A stretch of 63,365 nt of DNA, filler included, from Dugesia japonica (Eukaryota), in the NCBI GenBank assembly GCA_001938525.1. It is 5 parts of 5 records of this genome, joined end to end, with 100 filler letters (N's around TTAATTAATTAA, not from the genome) between each part and the next. Parts side by side here need not be neighbours in the genome. Positions count along the whole stretch, not along the records: positions 39,368 to 49,234 come from MQRL01620458.1; positions 49,335 to 63,365 come from MQRL01641110.1; 3 more parts are not named here. One strand, 5' to 3'. Position 1 is the first letter of the stretch. Each line of letters starts with the position of its first letter. Below are positions 39,371-53,649 of this stretch, piece after piece. The notes under the pieces were generated by a model that was not told where the DNA came from, ran no database searches, and saw only the letters and a list, made by a program, of their open reading frames with translations. The position numbers and the translations under genes are program-made.

Positions 39371-39945
39371 TTTATAGAGTTTTTAGTTTAAATTTATTTT
39401 TTAAATTGATAAATATTTTTTTTGTTTAATGATTATTTTCAAAATATAAATACACTGACTTTTAAACAGATACAACAATAACATATAAATAATAATAAAC
39501 ATAAATAAAACATTAAAACCAATTTTATTCTTCAAATACATTTACACCTAATCATTTCATAGTGTTATTGGTAACATGCCATTCATAGTTTTAGCAGTGT
39601 TCAGTTGTTAAAGTGGTATTAAAAGTATTAATCATTCTTTCCACATACAAGCCATAACCGTTTTGATTCTTGACTTAATTCTGGGTGTTGTTTCAATTGC
39701 ATTTTCCATTTTCTGACCTCCCGTAATATTTCATCAGAAAACAAGATTATTCGTCCTTCATTTGTTTTTTCAAGAAACCAACTACAATAGCCTTTTCTTT
39801 CATCAGCCATATGTTTATTGTTATTATTTATATGTTATTGTTTTATCTGTTTAAAAGTCAGTGTATTTATATTTTGAAAATATTCATTAATTAAAAAAAA
39901 ATATTTATGAATTATAAAAAATGTTTAAATTAAAAACTCTATATT
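39371..39945 (-). mobile_element. Internally deleted Tc1/mariner-like element with long TIRs
   Basis: ~130-bp inverted arms (39371-39503, 39810-39943) enclose MADERKGYCSWFLEK..IILFSDE, a fused transposase remnant with the first catalytic Asp (FSDE). Confidence 0.72.
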
Positions 39946-40479
39946 TGGACACAAATTACTCATTATACAATCATAAAGCTATTCGATAAAATGTTACTAA
40001 ATGGTTGAATTTTGATAATATGTTGCAAAAAATTGCGCTGGGTTGCCCTAATAATAAAATATAGTTTCTTATCAACTCATTTTTATAAATTATTATTTAT
40101 TATTTGGTAATATTTAATCTACAATTAATTATTGTTTACTATTGTTTCTATAGATGGTTCTTTTGTTCGAGGCATTCTTTTCAATAGCATAAATTTAGTT
40201 TTGTACACTTACTTCTTAGATGTTTAATTTGCAGTTCCTGTGACTTTTAAGTGAGTNCATGGACATGGATCAGAATGAATTATATTGTTAAAATNTTTTA
40301 CATAAACTTTACTCAAATTAGGGCAAGATCCATCAAATTTATTAAAAGAAAATTCGCTATCATACTTCTTTTGATTTTCATATTATTCGTTATTCAATTT
40401 TTTTACTGGTACTTGATTCTCAGTGGTCACTTTCCCCTCTTAACCTGTTATTAAAGTCACTTAAATATCGCATCATCTA

Positions 40480-41340
40480 AAAACCCCTTAACAGTTGCAG
40501 CCAACGTTCCCTCTAAGATGCTCGGCCGCGCATTAAAAAAATCACGCGTGCACTGGTTTCTATTATCCGCTCATTATTTTTTTTTCGAATTTATAGAAAT
40601 ATCATAAATAAAAATCATTTAAAAAGCTGTAAGAAAAACGAAATTACTAATTGTATTACCATTATTTATGAATTCTAATAAATAAATTAAATTTTTCAAA
40701 TACATATTTTCTTAAGTTTATTTTTAAGAAAAATTTACACAATACCGCGCCCAAAATGCTGTTTTGTAAATATATTGCTCACCCCGCCGATTTTCTGATC
40801 AGATATTCAAAAAATTACAGGGAATATTGGTTGCAGCTCGTCTTGATATCAAATTTCTCCTTCCACATCCTTTTACTTAGGTTTGACATATATTTATTTG
40901 GTTTGTTTTTGACATGTTTATTTTTCAACAGACCTTCATATACTTCTTGGTGTTAAATACTTCATTTTGAGCCATTTTTATAATAAACCATATTTATATA
41001 CGGACATATTGAAACAAACATTATACAGTAATTAACCAATGAAGTCAACATCTCTCTTGTCGACCTTCAGATGTGGTCATTAATGAAATTGAATAATTTA
41101 GGCAAATTAATATTGTTTACCCTTTGGTTACCAGTACGAGAAAGCAGTAAAATTATTTTAGAATTGGTTTTGAATTTTGGCCATTTTGATAGCTTACTTT
41201 TCTATTTGAAAATTTGATGTTTCCAATGTCATTGTTCAAATGATAATTGAATTTGAATCAATTAACGGAAACATACTGTAATCATTATAGTTAATATATA
41301 GTATGGATGGGAAAGATGTCTACCACCTAGCGACTAAAAG
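40480..41340 (-). mobile_element. Probable piggyBac 3' remnant
   Basis: Decayed ILLLS...LP..IQF....KVDKRD region, Cys-rich tail remnant (CQ..KGCGRRN) and a CCCTT-like terminus at ~40484; heavily mutated. Confidence 0.4.
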
Positions 41341-42443
41341 TCGTTCGCGATTATAATAAAAGGATGAATTATTTTCATTTGCTAAGTAAACTTTTTTTGA
41401 TTTAAAATGTAATGAAATTTTAAAAAATTGAAAATTAAATTGAAGTTTTTTAAAATTAGATGACAGAAGAATTTGGTTTATGTGGTTAAAAATACGATGC
41501 TCGACAGCAATTTTTCTTATATATAATATTTTTTTCAAATTAAAACTTCCGATTTTTTAATAAATAAATATTAATTTTTTTAAAATATGGTATATTTTGT
41601 TTAGTTAATTATTACTTTTTTTCTGATAGACCGCAAGCATTAATTTAAGCAAAAAGCCGTTTTAGTAGAGTAAGTTTTGTCACCCCTGTAGTATTGTATA
41701 GTGACCAATCGCGTTGCAATTAATTAGATAATCATTGTTCATACTAGAACATTGTAAGATCATTATATATTACTAAGGGATAATTACAGATGTGATCAAT
41801 GAATAACGATGATATTGAACTAAATCTGTGGTTCTTAACTAGTGTTCCGCGAAGTTGTTTCAGATGTTCTTCGGACAAAAGTTTGAATAAAATAAAAATC
41901 ATTTCAGTTTTATCTAACACACTATTGAATTGACCTTTATTAAACTAAAATAAATTTTAACATTTCTATTTCATGTAATTAAATATGACTGTTTAATGAC
42001 AAATTTTAAAATACCCATTCATATCAGTTAAAGAATTAGGAAAACGTAAATAAATTTGCAGGTAATATTCAGATGAATATTTCGCGATTGGCAAAACATA
42101 GAACGGTAAAAATGAATACCCGCTTCCGGTACGCTTGATATGCGGAGAACAGTTGACAAACAGATCAGTGGTAACTGAAAAATTGAAGAGATAATTTTCT
42201 AAAGGATAAGAAAAACATTTGAATAAATTATAAAAGTTTCTAATGAATCCCAATTCATCTCTTTACAAACTGGACAAGTTGATTACAACTAAATTAAAGT
42301 CACAACATAGTTGAGACATTAATTTTGACAGAATTTTGTGACATACTAAAAATAAAGTTTGGCGATGAAGCAAAAAGTGAAATAATGAAAATTCCTTTTT
42401 CAAACGATACAATATCAAACATAATAAAATAGATGTCTTATAA

Positions 42444-42781
42444 CAGAGGTGCACAACATATGGCCTGCGGGTCGGATGCAGTTCACATCTATGTTGTATG
42501 CGATCCGCGACCAAAGTCCATGAAAAATCCAAAGTGCATTTTTATAGAAATATACAACCTATATTTCACGGATTCACAACGATCTCTTCCAAAATACTAG
42601 ATTTAAAATGGAAATTTAAGTGTTATATATATTTTTTGAAGTTGTATAGTACTAGTTTAGTATAGTACCTATATTATCAATGATCCACAACCTTCGGCTG
42701 GAAATGTTTGCATGAATGGCCCGCTACATTGGTTTAAACTGATGAAAATAGATTGTCTAGAAAATAGGTTTTGAATCACTG
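42444..42781. mobile_element. hAT-type MITE, copy A (no insertion)
   Basis: Starts CAGAGGTGCACAAC..GGCCTGCGGGTCGGATGC; shares TCCATGAAAAATCCAAA and TATTTCACGGATTCA with 46550-47117. Confidence 0.65.
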
Positions 42782-43759
42782 TGTTATAATATTGAAGAAA
42801 AAAACAGTAGTTGATAAGTTTTCCAAATTTTTTTGGAATATTTCTAATGACAACAGTGAAAATCTATTGGGATGTTTCTTTTATTCATGGAAACGAAATA
42901 TTAAATAGGTTTTTGTGTTGTAAACAAACAATGGATATACTATTTGAGTTGTTCATATTATTTGGTAATTTCCGTTAGCAATTTTATTATAAATTTTTGT
43001 AATTTTTATATAAATTCTGAGCACAATGTGTGAATGCAAATGTTCCTTTTTAAATGTAATATTTTTTATTATGTATTTGTTTGTTTTATAACGCAAAATA
43101 AATAAATAATTTATATTTAAATAACCTACACCAAGAAATATTAATTTTGTTGATAAAAAACTAATAACAGATAATTTAGGTACCAATTTTCCATTGATTA
43201 AAAAATTTTTTAAAAAATTCCCGGATTAAAATTTTCAATCCCGATTCCCTGATTTTTGCCGTCAAGTATGAAATTTATAGAGAGAAACAAAGTTTGTTGA
43301 TTTTATAAGAATACAAGAAATAGTCAATACACTTTTTTCATATCAACGGTAGCTTGTTCCAGTCCGTGGTGTAGAAACCTAGTAAATGAAAGTCATTGAA
43401 CTCTTGGGAGGCTTCTTTTGCAGTACTATTGGAATTAAATTGTTTTCATATAACAAGTCCAAATTCCAGAAGAAGTGATGGGCAATGGGGTTAGGCTGAT
43501 GGCTATGATGAATAATGGAGAAGTTCCAACTCAAATTATAGTATCTTTGCTACTGTTATATGTGCAATATGTCATCTAACATTGTGTAATATTAGGTAAT
43601 CAAGAAAATTCTTTCGGTTTTTAAATATATAAAAAAAATGTAAATATATACAAAAACCGTACGGACTTTCTTGGTTGCCTAATAGAATAAGAGTTAATTG
43701 GCTGATCGTTGAAGCAAATTTCCAAATAGTTAAATCAACGTTTAATGATTTTTCTTTAT

Positions 43760-44915
43760 TTTGTTGCATATCAATAATAATTAAATTTTACAATTACGAT
43801 TATTGTTAGAATAGTTGTTATTCTTAACCATTTATCGTATTTAAGATTTAATTAAATCAAAAGCTTCGATTAACATATTTTTTTGTTTTTTATCACTTTT
43901 TTGGTAGTTCTTTGAAACTTTTGGTAGTTATCCGAATTTTCGACTACTTTCTTTAGGAATTTAACATTTTCGATTAATTCAATCCAAATTAGAAAATTCT
44001 ACAATTTGTTTTTCATTTTATTGAAATTTTTTTTGGATAATTTTGGATTTATTTAAGTTTACTTAATTATTACAAATTACATTGATTTTAGGATTATCTT
44101 CTTTAATTAGAAATTCTTTTTTCCTATGAAGCGTAGAAATATAGCCTGTTCTTAGTGTTTTCCATGTTATATGATGTTGATCTGGTGAAATTTTATGTTT
44201 GTGTTGAAAGTGTTTGAGATGTACCTTAAGTCTTGTATGGATGTTTATGCATGTTTCTCCTATATATGTATCCTCACATAAGCTGAATATTATTTTCATT
44301 AATTAATTTTACTTCACATTTTTATCTTTACTTGAGTTAATTAGATTCAGAATGTTTAAATTGCCGTAAAATTGAATATTTAAACTAAATTGAAGTTTAA
44401 AAATACTAAATTGAAGTTTTAAATACTAAAAAGAAGTTAAAACCCTGTAATTGATAGTTTTCTTATTGCATATATTTCTACCATCACAAATGTACTTGGG
44501 ACCACATAGGTTTTGTAATCGGATATCCAAGGTGCTCACGTTTTGAATATTATTCTTGGAATTTTTTATTATATTTTGCATAATTTGGCTACATTTTTCA
44601 TTAATAAAAGGAAATTTAATTACTGTGTTTCTTTGATTTTTTTTAAATTTTATATTAGAAGATAAATTATATTTTGATAATTTTATTTGGATAGCAGTTA
44701 TTTAGGAATTTATTTTTTATCAACTTGATAGAAATAAATTTCATTTCTTCATTTGAATAAAGTCTCTCAGCTCTAATTCTTTCACCCTTGATTATCCAAA
44801 TATTCTGTTTGATGGTAGTATTAGAACTCCAGTATAATATATGTCTACTGTGAAATGGTTTCATATATAATTAAGTAGTTAATACTCCACCAGGTTTCTT
44901 TTGAATTAAATTGCC
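43760..44915 (-). mobile_element. Penelope-like element, third copy with pseudo-LTR tail
   Basis: MKPFHS, IIKGERIRAERL, CEDTYIGET..TRLK.H..HFQHKHKI match copy 1; downstream 43760-43900 tail recurs at 17820-17890 and 49390-49500. Confidence 0.88.
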
Positions 44916-46549
44916 CAGTAAAACTATATAGGGAAAAAGGAAAACAGTTAAATTGTTCATCATTTTATCGTATATCGTTAGTAATTTTTTATTTTTGTTT
45001 TCCATGTAATTGTATGTATTCAATTTTTTCGTATGTTACATTGTTCAATAATAAAATTTAATTCATAGTGATTGGTTCAAACTTATACATTTGTTTAGTA
45101 TTATTTTTTGTTGGTAAATTAAGTTTGTCTACAATTAATTGTCATTCTTGGAATATTTTTATTTCTGTAAAAGAGTAATAAAATAAATCTTTGGGAAAAT
45201 TGGTATAATTTGCAAATAGAATGACATATGTATAAAACATTATTTTTAGTAGATTTTATTATTTGGATTTTTATAAGTTTGGAAAGATTGTTAAGATTTT
45301 TTTTTGAATTACAGTAATCCGATCGGTCGTGGTTCTTCGTTTCTTATTTGTTTTATCATTCTTCTTAATATTGTTTCAAGATACATTGGAAAATACTATT
45401 ACATTCATTTTGAAACAAATAAGAAATTACTTTAAAATTAAATAGATTTACTCTAAAACTTCTAATAATCTAGTAGATGGATAGTAGGAGTCGTAGCCAG
45501 CACACATTCAGTGACCCCCCCCCCGACGTAATCGGATTATTACATAAGTATGGCTATCATTTTCTAATGTAAATAGGCGGCAGCACACATTTGTGTGCGT
45601 TACATAATGTAATTAATTTTGTCGCGAGAATTATTACATAAGTGGCTACACATTTTCCTGTGTATTTAGTTGGGAAAATATTTTGCACACAANNNNNNNN
45701 NNNNNNNNNNNNNNNNNNNNNNNNNNNNNNNNNNNNNNNNNNTACACATTTTCCTGTGTATTTAGTTGGGAAAATATTTTGCACACAAATTATGTCATGA
45801 GATTAATTTCATCGGTAAAATTTTTACGTAATAGGATTAAGTGGCTATTAAGTGAAATTTTAGAATTTAAAATTTTTTTAAAAAGTAATTCACTACTTCC
45901 AATAATCCATCATGCAAATATCTTATCATATCATATTGTGTTATTTCTGGTGGTATGACTGGATTACATCAACCAATCGATGTATTTTGGTTTAAGGAGC
46001 TATGAATCAACATTTTTTGGGTAACATTTATGAATTAATAATTACCAAATATACTCAATATGAATCTAAATTCATGTAATCATTATCAGGGAAATGAATT
46101 AAAAAATAAAGAATACCTTGATGTTTTTGATTATGAACAATCTGATTTTTCTGAATAAACCTATTCCCTTAATTTTTATATATTCATATAAGAAATAATG
46201 AGAATTTTTGTTAATAAATTGTATTTATTTTTTTTAAAAATAACACTCATCCATTTTTAATAATTTTTCGCTTTATTTTTTTTCAAAGAATTTAAATAGG
46301 AAGTTTTAGAGTATTTATGAAAAATTAAGTGTTTCAAAAATTTATCAATAAGTGAATTAAATATTTTATTTTAGTTCAACTTTAACCATTTAAAAAGTAA
46401 CATGTGACGAGAGTTTTTATATAACGTTTTTAATAAAATCCTTATTTTGTTATTTTCGTAATTTTAAAATTCTACGAAATACATTTGAAGAACTGGATTT
46501 GTGAATTTTTTGTTTGACATTAGTAAAAAAATTAATGAATCTACTAAAT

Positions 46550-47117
46550 CAGTGATGCAAAACACACAGCCCGTGGTCGAATTCCATGAAAAATCCAAAA
46601 TGTATTTTTTTTTAAATAGAAATTTAATTCTATACAACCAATATTTCACGGATTCATAACAATCTCATAAAAAAATGTTGGCTGCAAAATAACATTTTAG
46701 TTGTGCTATATTAAATTTTGGAAATTATATAGCAGGGGTGGCCAAACTTTTTGCCGTCAAGAGCGGGAAATCTTAAATATAGAATTTCGAGAGCCGTAAT
46801 TAGAGAAATGTTTTAATTGTTAAATAATATTTAGTATAAAAATCTACGCGTATTTATTTGTAAATAAAAAATACATGGTATGAAAACGAATACAATAATA
46901 ATTCTTGTGACGGTATTTTTTAATTAAAATTTATTTTAACTAAATTTTTTCCAGACTGAAAATTTTTTTTCAGCTTTGGCTAGAGCCGCATTGAAGACAC
47001 AGAAGAGCCGCAGTTTGGCCATAATGGTTGTATAGTATAGTGTAGTACCCGCCTTTTTTGTATGCATGACCCGCGATTTTGAGTTCAACTGATAAAAAAT
47101 ATGTTGTGCAACACTGT
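46550..47117. mobile_element. hAT-type MITE, copy B (interrupted)
   Basis: CAGTGATGCAAAAC ... GTTGTGCAACACTG termini; homologous to copy A. Confidence 0.7.
46733..47027. mobile_element. hAT MITE nested in copy B
   Basis: CAGGGGTGGCCAAAC ... GTTTGGCCA termini, GAGCCG subterminal repeats, TSD TTATATAG/TTGTATAG. Confidence 0.78.
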
Positions 47118-47879
47118 ACTAAATAATTATTAAAATTAATCTGTGTAAATAGAATATATTTGTTTATTATGAATTGCTAATAATTATTTTTTTTAGGGAA
47201 ACATGATTTGAATGTGTTGTGTAAATATAAATCAGATAATTACCAAGAAATTTTGAATGTCAAAAAATAGTTTGAATTCAATTTATAAATTCCTTCTCGT
47301 AAATTATGATTTAATTCAAATAAATTCAAGATTATAATTTTTTATTAGGACTTATTTCTTGTAATTAATTCTTTAAAATTTAGTTTCCTTTCAAAAAAAT
47401 TAGATTGGTTTTATACTTTTCTATTAATATGTATTTTGTTTTGGAAAAAGTTTTCTATTAATTTTTTTTTACAATTCAATAGAAATTTTCTTTTAAAAAC
47501 TTATTTTATCATTACAAATAATATAATTTGGACAATAAAACGAATTTGAATGAAAAATTATTTAATTTAATTGGGAATTCCCACATTGCTATTGAACTGT
47601 AATATTTTAATAATTTTCATATTTTAAAACTATTTTTATTAAATTGACATTTCAGATTTAATATTTTAAATTATAAAATAACTAATTTCATTGAAATGGG
47701 TTTTTCTAATATATTGGTTTGTAAAGCGCAAAATGCAACTTCCGATATAGTAATTATTGAGAACACGTGTCTCAATATTGGAGTAATATTTTAAAATGTG
47801 GTTTTTGACATTTTNTTTTAGTATTTCAATTTAATATTTTGCGTTTAATAATTTCACGTCTTTATTTGAAATCATTCCA

Positions 47880-48803
47880 GAAAATTAATTTTAGATTAGT
47901 GCTGCAGAAACTCATATTCAACATTGTTTGTTATACGAGTTCAGAAAAGGATCAACAGTCTTTAAATTGTCACTGAATAAATGTCAAATATGGTCCCGAA
48001 AGTTCAAGAATAGGAATGAAGTTCTTCAAATTCGGATAACAAAGTCCTTTTGACACTTTTTGAAGAAGACCCCAAGTTTTCAATACGGGTATTGAGAAAT
48101 CGCTTACAGGTTTCTCATACCATTATTGCCACTCATCTTCATCAATTAGGCAAAGTGAATAAAGAAAGGTCATGGGTTCCTCATTGCTTGAGTGAAAGTA
48201 ACAAACAGAACCGGTTGTCCATTTGTTCTTCGAATTTCTCCAGATTTAATAAAATAATTTTTTAAATAGAATTGTGACAGGAAATGAAAAGTGGGTGTTT
48301 TACGTTAACATTAAAAACAAGAAGCCAATATCTGCAGCCAAAGTAGGATTTCATCCTCGCTGAATAATGATGTCTGTTTAGTGGGATTATTGCAGTGTCA
48401 TATATTTTGAGGTATTGCCACAAAAACNTATCTATAACAGGAAACATCTGCTGGGATCTACTAGGAAGACTGGAAATAAATTATTAAATACAAGACCAGG
48501 ACTTATCAATAGAAAGAATATTACAATGCTCATACTTCAAAACTCACACCGCAAAAATAGATTTAGAATAGGAATTTTTTCCTCATCCAGCATACTCACC
48601 TGACATCGCTCCTTCAGATCATCATTTGTTCAGGACCCTTTAAAATTATAGGAGTGGTAATTAATTTTTAAAAGAGGATAATATCAAAACCACCTTGAAA
48701 AATTTCTTTGTATCTAAGTCTTCTATTTTTTATGAAGATGGGATCATGAATTAACCTTTAAGATAGTAAAAGGTCATAGACAATAATGGGAATTACTTGA
48801 GTT
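47880..48803 (+). pseudogene. Mariner transposase remnant
   Basis: WVPHCLS motif, LNRIVTGNEKWVFY and HPAYSPDIAPSDHHLFR. Confidence 0.93.
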
Positions 48804-49234
48804 NNNNNNNNNNNNNNNNNNNNNNNNNNNNNNNNNTTTTTTTAATAAATGATATTAGTTGAGTGGTTTGAAGTTTTCACGCCAATACAACTATGGCATC
48901 CGGAGAAAAAATTTAAAATGGTGAAAAATTAAACATTATTTTGTTTAAAAATAATGACACAAATACTGACACAATGAGATGCAACAAGTTTTATTGTTAA
49001 TTAAGGCAGATTTGGTAAATTTCTATGATGATATTAAACACAAACATTTCAAAAAATTACAAAATATTGAAATCATTAACGAAAAACACAATTTAGCAAA
49101 TTTAAGTAAAATATCACAAATTACTAATGATTTATCATGTTTTAATGAAATTCAACAATAATTTAAAAAAAATTTAATTCTAATTATAAGTTGTTAATGG
49201 CTGCTGGAAAGTATATGCTGAACTCCCAAAAAAC

Positions 49235-49334
49235 NNNNNNNNNNNNNNNNNNNNNNNNNNNNNNNNNNNNNNNNNNNNTTAATTAATTAANNNNNNNNNN
49301 NNNNNNNNNNNNNNNNNNNNNNNNNNNNNNNNNN
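49235..49334. other. Artificial contig-join spacer
   Basis: 44 N + TTAATTAATTAA + 44 N. Confidence 0.95.
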
Positions 49335-49345
49335 CTAGAACATTT

Positions 49346-49426
49346 ATTTCATTAAAATAAGAAAAAGCTTCGATCAAAATAATTTTTTGTTATTTTGATC
49401 GAAGCTTTTTCTTATTTTAATGAAAT
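49346..49426. repeat. Perfect 37-bp-arm hairpin with 7-nt loop
   Basis: ATTTCATTAAAATAAGAAAAAGCTTCGATCAAAATAA / TTTTTTG / exact reverse complement. Confidence 0.95.
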
Positions 49427-49879
49427 CTCAAATGCGATCAATGGTTGAGTCCAACAATTATTCTCACAATATTTGTAATTATAGAACATTTATTATTCAT
49501 TTCTAAAATCAAATTACAGTTGAATACTATCAGACTTGCTTTTGTTGCAGGTATTCAACTTTTCTGCAAAATATATTTAATATTACCGGTTCCCAAATAT
49601 CAAATATCGTGTTACATTGATTAAAATCGGTGTGCTGCAATTTGTTGGTGCGACCGTGCGAATAACTTATTAGGTTAGTAGATATTACTGAGTTCTTTGT
49701 TAAATTATATAGGAGCGAGTTGCTCGTAAGGGTTTCCCTAAAACTTAATACATTTGGTTTTTATTTTTGTTTTTGAATGTAAAAACTTTTAATATAGAAT
49801 TTAGTCAATATTTAATAAAATTGATATAATTGAATAACTGTGTTAATTTTGTTCCTATGTTCTTTATTTTTTATATTAT

Positions 49880-50470
49880 TATTTATAAAGAGATTTTAAA
49901 TATTTGGAGTCAAAGTCTTCTTGTTAGATATCTTTACCCACGAGGATCTTTTTCTTTTAGCAAACACAAATCAGTGGGGTATTCCATGAAGAATTACATT
50001 TCCAGATAACATTATTCTAAAAGGTTATGGATAGCTTTTTCAATTTTAGCTTCTAAGTTTATTGGTTGTCTGCACGGTTTTATATTGATTGATTCACCAC
50101 TTGTGATAATTTTCTGTTTTATCCGATGTGTGCGTCCTATATGCCCCATTAACCTGTCATGAAAGAATCTTTATTAATTCCAATTATGTTCAATAACTGT
50201 TGATCGTCTTCAATCTTCAGAATACTTAAAGCTCTTATCAACCACTCTACCTTTTTAATTTATCTCTCAAATTTTCCTTCAATATTACAGATGTAATTTT
50301 CAACGTTTTCATCAGTTTCGCTGTCTACTCTACTGGTAAAACCTGGTATACAAAAATCTTCAGCATATCTATTTCTACAATTAGATCTGTTGTCACTCTT
50401 TATGCAGCCAAAAAAGTAACCTCTTTGCAGTCATCAGTTGTCACCCCAGTTCTGATTTTCCCCAACAATT
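49880..50470 (-). mobile_element. Ty3/Gypsy pol fragment (RT N-terminus)
   Basis: IGRTHRIKQKIITSGESINIKPCRQP..IEKAIHNLLE..CNSSWNTPLICV. Confidence 0.8.
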
Positions 50471-51063
50471 ACTATCGTTCGCATACCGCTCTAAAAATGG
50501 TTTCACTTTTTCCATGTACTAATTATACGCGCGAACAGTTTATTTCAACAAATACAATTCACAAAAAGCAGATGCAAGTTGACTGATGACAATCTTTCAA
50601 ATCAACTTCGTGCGGCGACGTCAAATATCAAGACAAACATGTCATACACTGGTACGCTGGTGTCATTGATATTTGATAAGGAATTTTANATNGGATGGTA
50701 AAATTNATAATAAAAAACTGGTTTGAATAATTGAAATTATGTTTATTATTTATATCGAGGCTGAGCGAGTTATCAATCTTTGATCTTTAATAACTTTTCA
50801 ACGAGACGCTTGTTTGAACCGAGGATTGCACCATGGGATCCATCGCGTTTTTACGCATATAACGATACCATGGCGATACATTTACGGCGACTTATTGCTG
50901 CAGAAAGCCAATACCAAAATTTGAATTGCTGCGTATTTCTATATAGAAATTTCAGTTCATGGTGGAGAGGTGGTGCAATGCGCTACTATCTACCTACTTT
51001 TCTAATAATTATGTTTATTATTCAAAAGTAGAGAACTAATCTTGAATTTGAATAAATATAATG

Positions 51064-51470
51064 AAGAGGTCAGCAACCCTTTTATAGTAGTCGGGCATAT
51101 TTCGGCGGGCACAAAAACCCGCCACTGGAAAACGACCACTTCGAACTACACAAGAAAACAGGCTACGTCGTATTATCAACTTATTTTTCATCCTCACTAT
51201 TCTCGTAAACGAAATGAGGATTGTGGGGAAAAGAATATGTTTAGTTTAGTATATGCACAAACTGATGTTTGCCTCAAGTAGTCGAAAATTTTGATTGAGT
51301 CCATCGTCAAAGTTTAATTTAAGATGGTCATTAACGATTTTAGATAAATTGTACAAATATTAAAGTAGAATAGAAATTAAAACCAATTTTTACGACTTTA
51401 TTAAAATTTTATTACATTTGAAGGCGGGCACAGTAAAATCGTCTCGCGAGCACCACGTTGCCGACCCCTG
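51064..51470. mobile_element. hAT-type MITE
   Basis: AAGAGGTCAGCAAC ... GTTGCCGACCCCTG termini; GCGGGCAC subterminal motifs; flanks ATATAATG/GTATAGTG. Confidence 0.75.
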
Positions 51471-51709
51471 GTATAGTGTAACAACAGGATTATTGAACTT
51501 TAATGTTTAAATTATATATTTACAAACAACTGATGCCACTGTAATTAAACCCTTAATTTTTGCCAGGCTTTCGACAGAATCTCCCAAATCGTAACCACCC
51601 CCTCCCCATCAATAAAAGTTGAGCATACCTGAATTAAACCCCTAATATCCCCATTCTATACATATAAAAGTATATTTTAATGATTATAAACGTTAGTTTA
51701 TTTAACTTT

Positions 51710-52000
51710 TAAGCCTTAGTTTAAAGGAGAAATTAGAGATAATTAAAGATGTTGAAATCTATCCGACTGTTTCTGATAAAAAATTAGCTGAACTATTTCT
51801 CAAAGAGTTAAAAATGAAATTCAGAAAGCTATGTCGGATTGGAACATCTTTCTCAGCTGTTTGGGATCCTGGAGAACCGAAAAGAAAAATATCCGCTTGA
51901 AAATGAAAATCTGAAGAGCAGAAACCAAGAAACTCGAGTGCAAAATGGTGATTTCAAACATCAAATGGACCAAACTTTTCGAAAAATTTGCATTAGCCAT
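51710..52000 (+). pseudogene. pogo/Tigger transposase N-terminal HTH fragment
   Basis: LSLKEKLEIIKDVE..SDKKLAELF (psq-type HTH), then decays. Confidence 0.55.
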
Positions 52001-52559
52001 GTGAGGAAAGATTAATAATAATGTTCAAATATTAAACACTAGGTTAATAATAAAATACCGTGTATGTGAAGAATTTAAAAACACTNNNNNNNNNNNNNNN
52101 NNNNNNNNNNNNNNNNNNNNNNNNNNNNNNNNNNNNNNNNNNNNNNNNNNNNNNNNNNNNNNNNNNNNNNNNNNNNNNNNNNNNNNNNNNNTATTGTTGT
52201 AAATTATAAATTAATTAATTAATAAAACTTTCCATAAGAATTAACTATTTCATTTTTACGTAAGTAATTATAATTAAATAATTAATAATGATTCACATTT
52301 AATAATTACATTTTATTAATCTTTCATCTATAAAATGCTTACTAGCGGACTATCCCCTAACAAGCCATAATTTAACGACTGCCTTATTTTCCATTTAGTG
52401 AAAATCGTGAGCCTAAATCGGACAATAAGAAAATTCTGACTGTAAATATTTGAATCTAGATTTCAAATGATAAATTTCCAGAATCAAGTTAATAAATGTA
52501 AATATCAAAACTCAATGAAATGAAAAAAAATAATGAGAAATAAAATTAATTGACAACAC

Positions 52560-53136
<577 letters not shown>

Positions 53137-53649
53137 TTTACTATTTTATTTTCTTATTATACTTTGAACTTCTCTTAATTAAAATTCAAATAAATACTAA
53201 ATTGCAAATAAATAGAACTTTTATATATAAATAAATGATTGTTCAAATTTACTTTTAATACAAAGATCTGTTTATCAAAATCTTAAATAAATTAAAAATT
53301 ATACACTTTTTAAACAAATCTGTCAATTAAGCTAAAAGTTGATTAATGAATTAAGTTTTAACAAGTTAGAATTGTTTTAAATTTACAGAATATGTAATCA
53401 CTAGAAGTTATAATTATATTTGTGGTAAATGTATTTCGTAAATTACGAAAACTTTCTTGGTGATATAACAAATGACAAATAATATGATAAGAAATTTGAG
53501 CATACATTCACTTGACTCACAATTGTTCACACCTGATATTGCCAGTCTAAATGTGATTTATGTATTTCTACAACCTATTGAAACGATGAATAATTATAAC
53601 AATATAAAATCTGTTCCAATACAAAATCTTACATATAAATGCACATATG

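Noticed and set aside
45647-45788. 46-bp direct repeat either side of a 50-N gap
   Set aside because: Exact duplication across a gap is typical of unmerged contig overlap.
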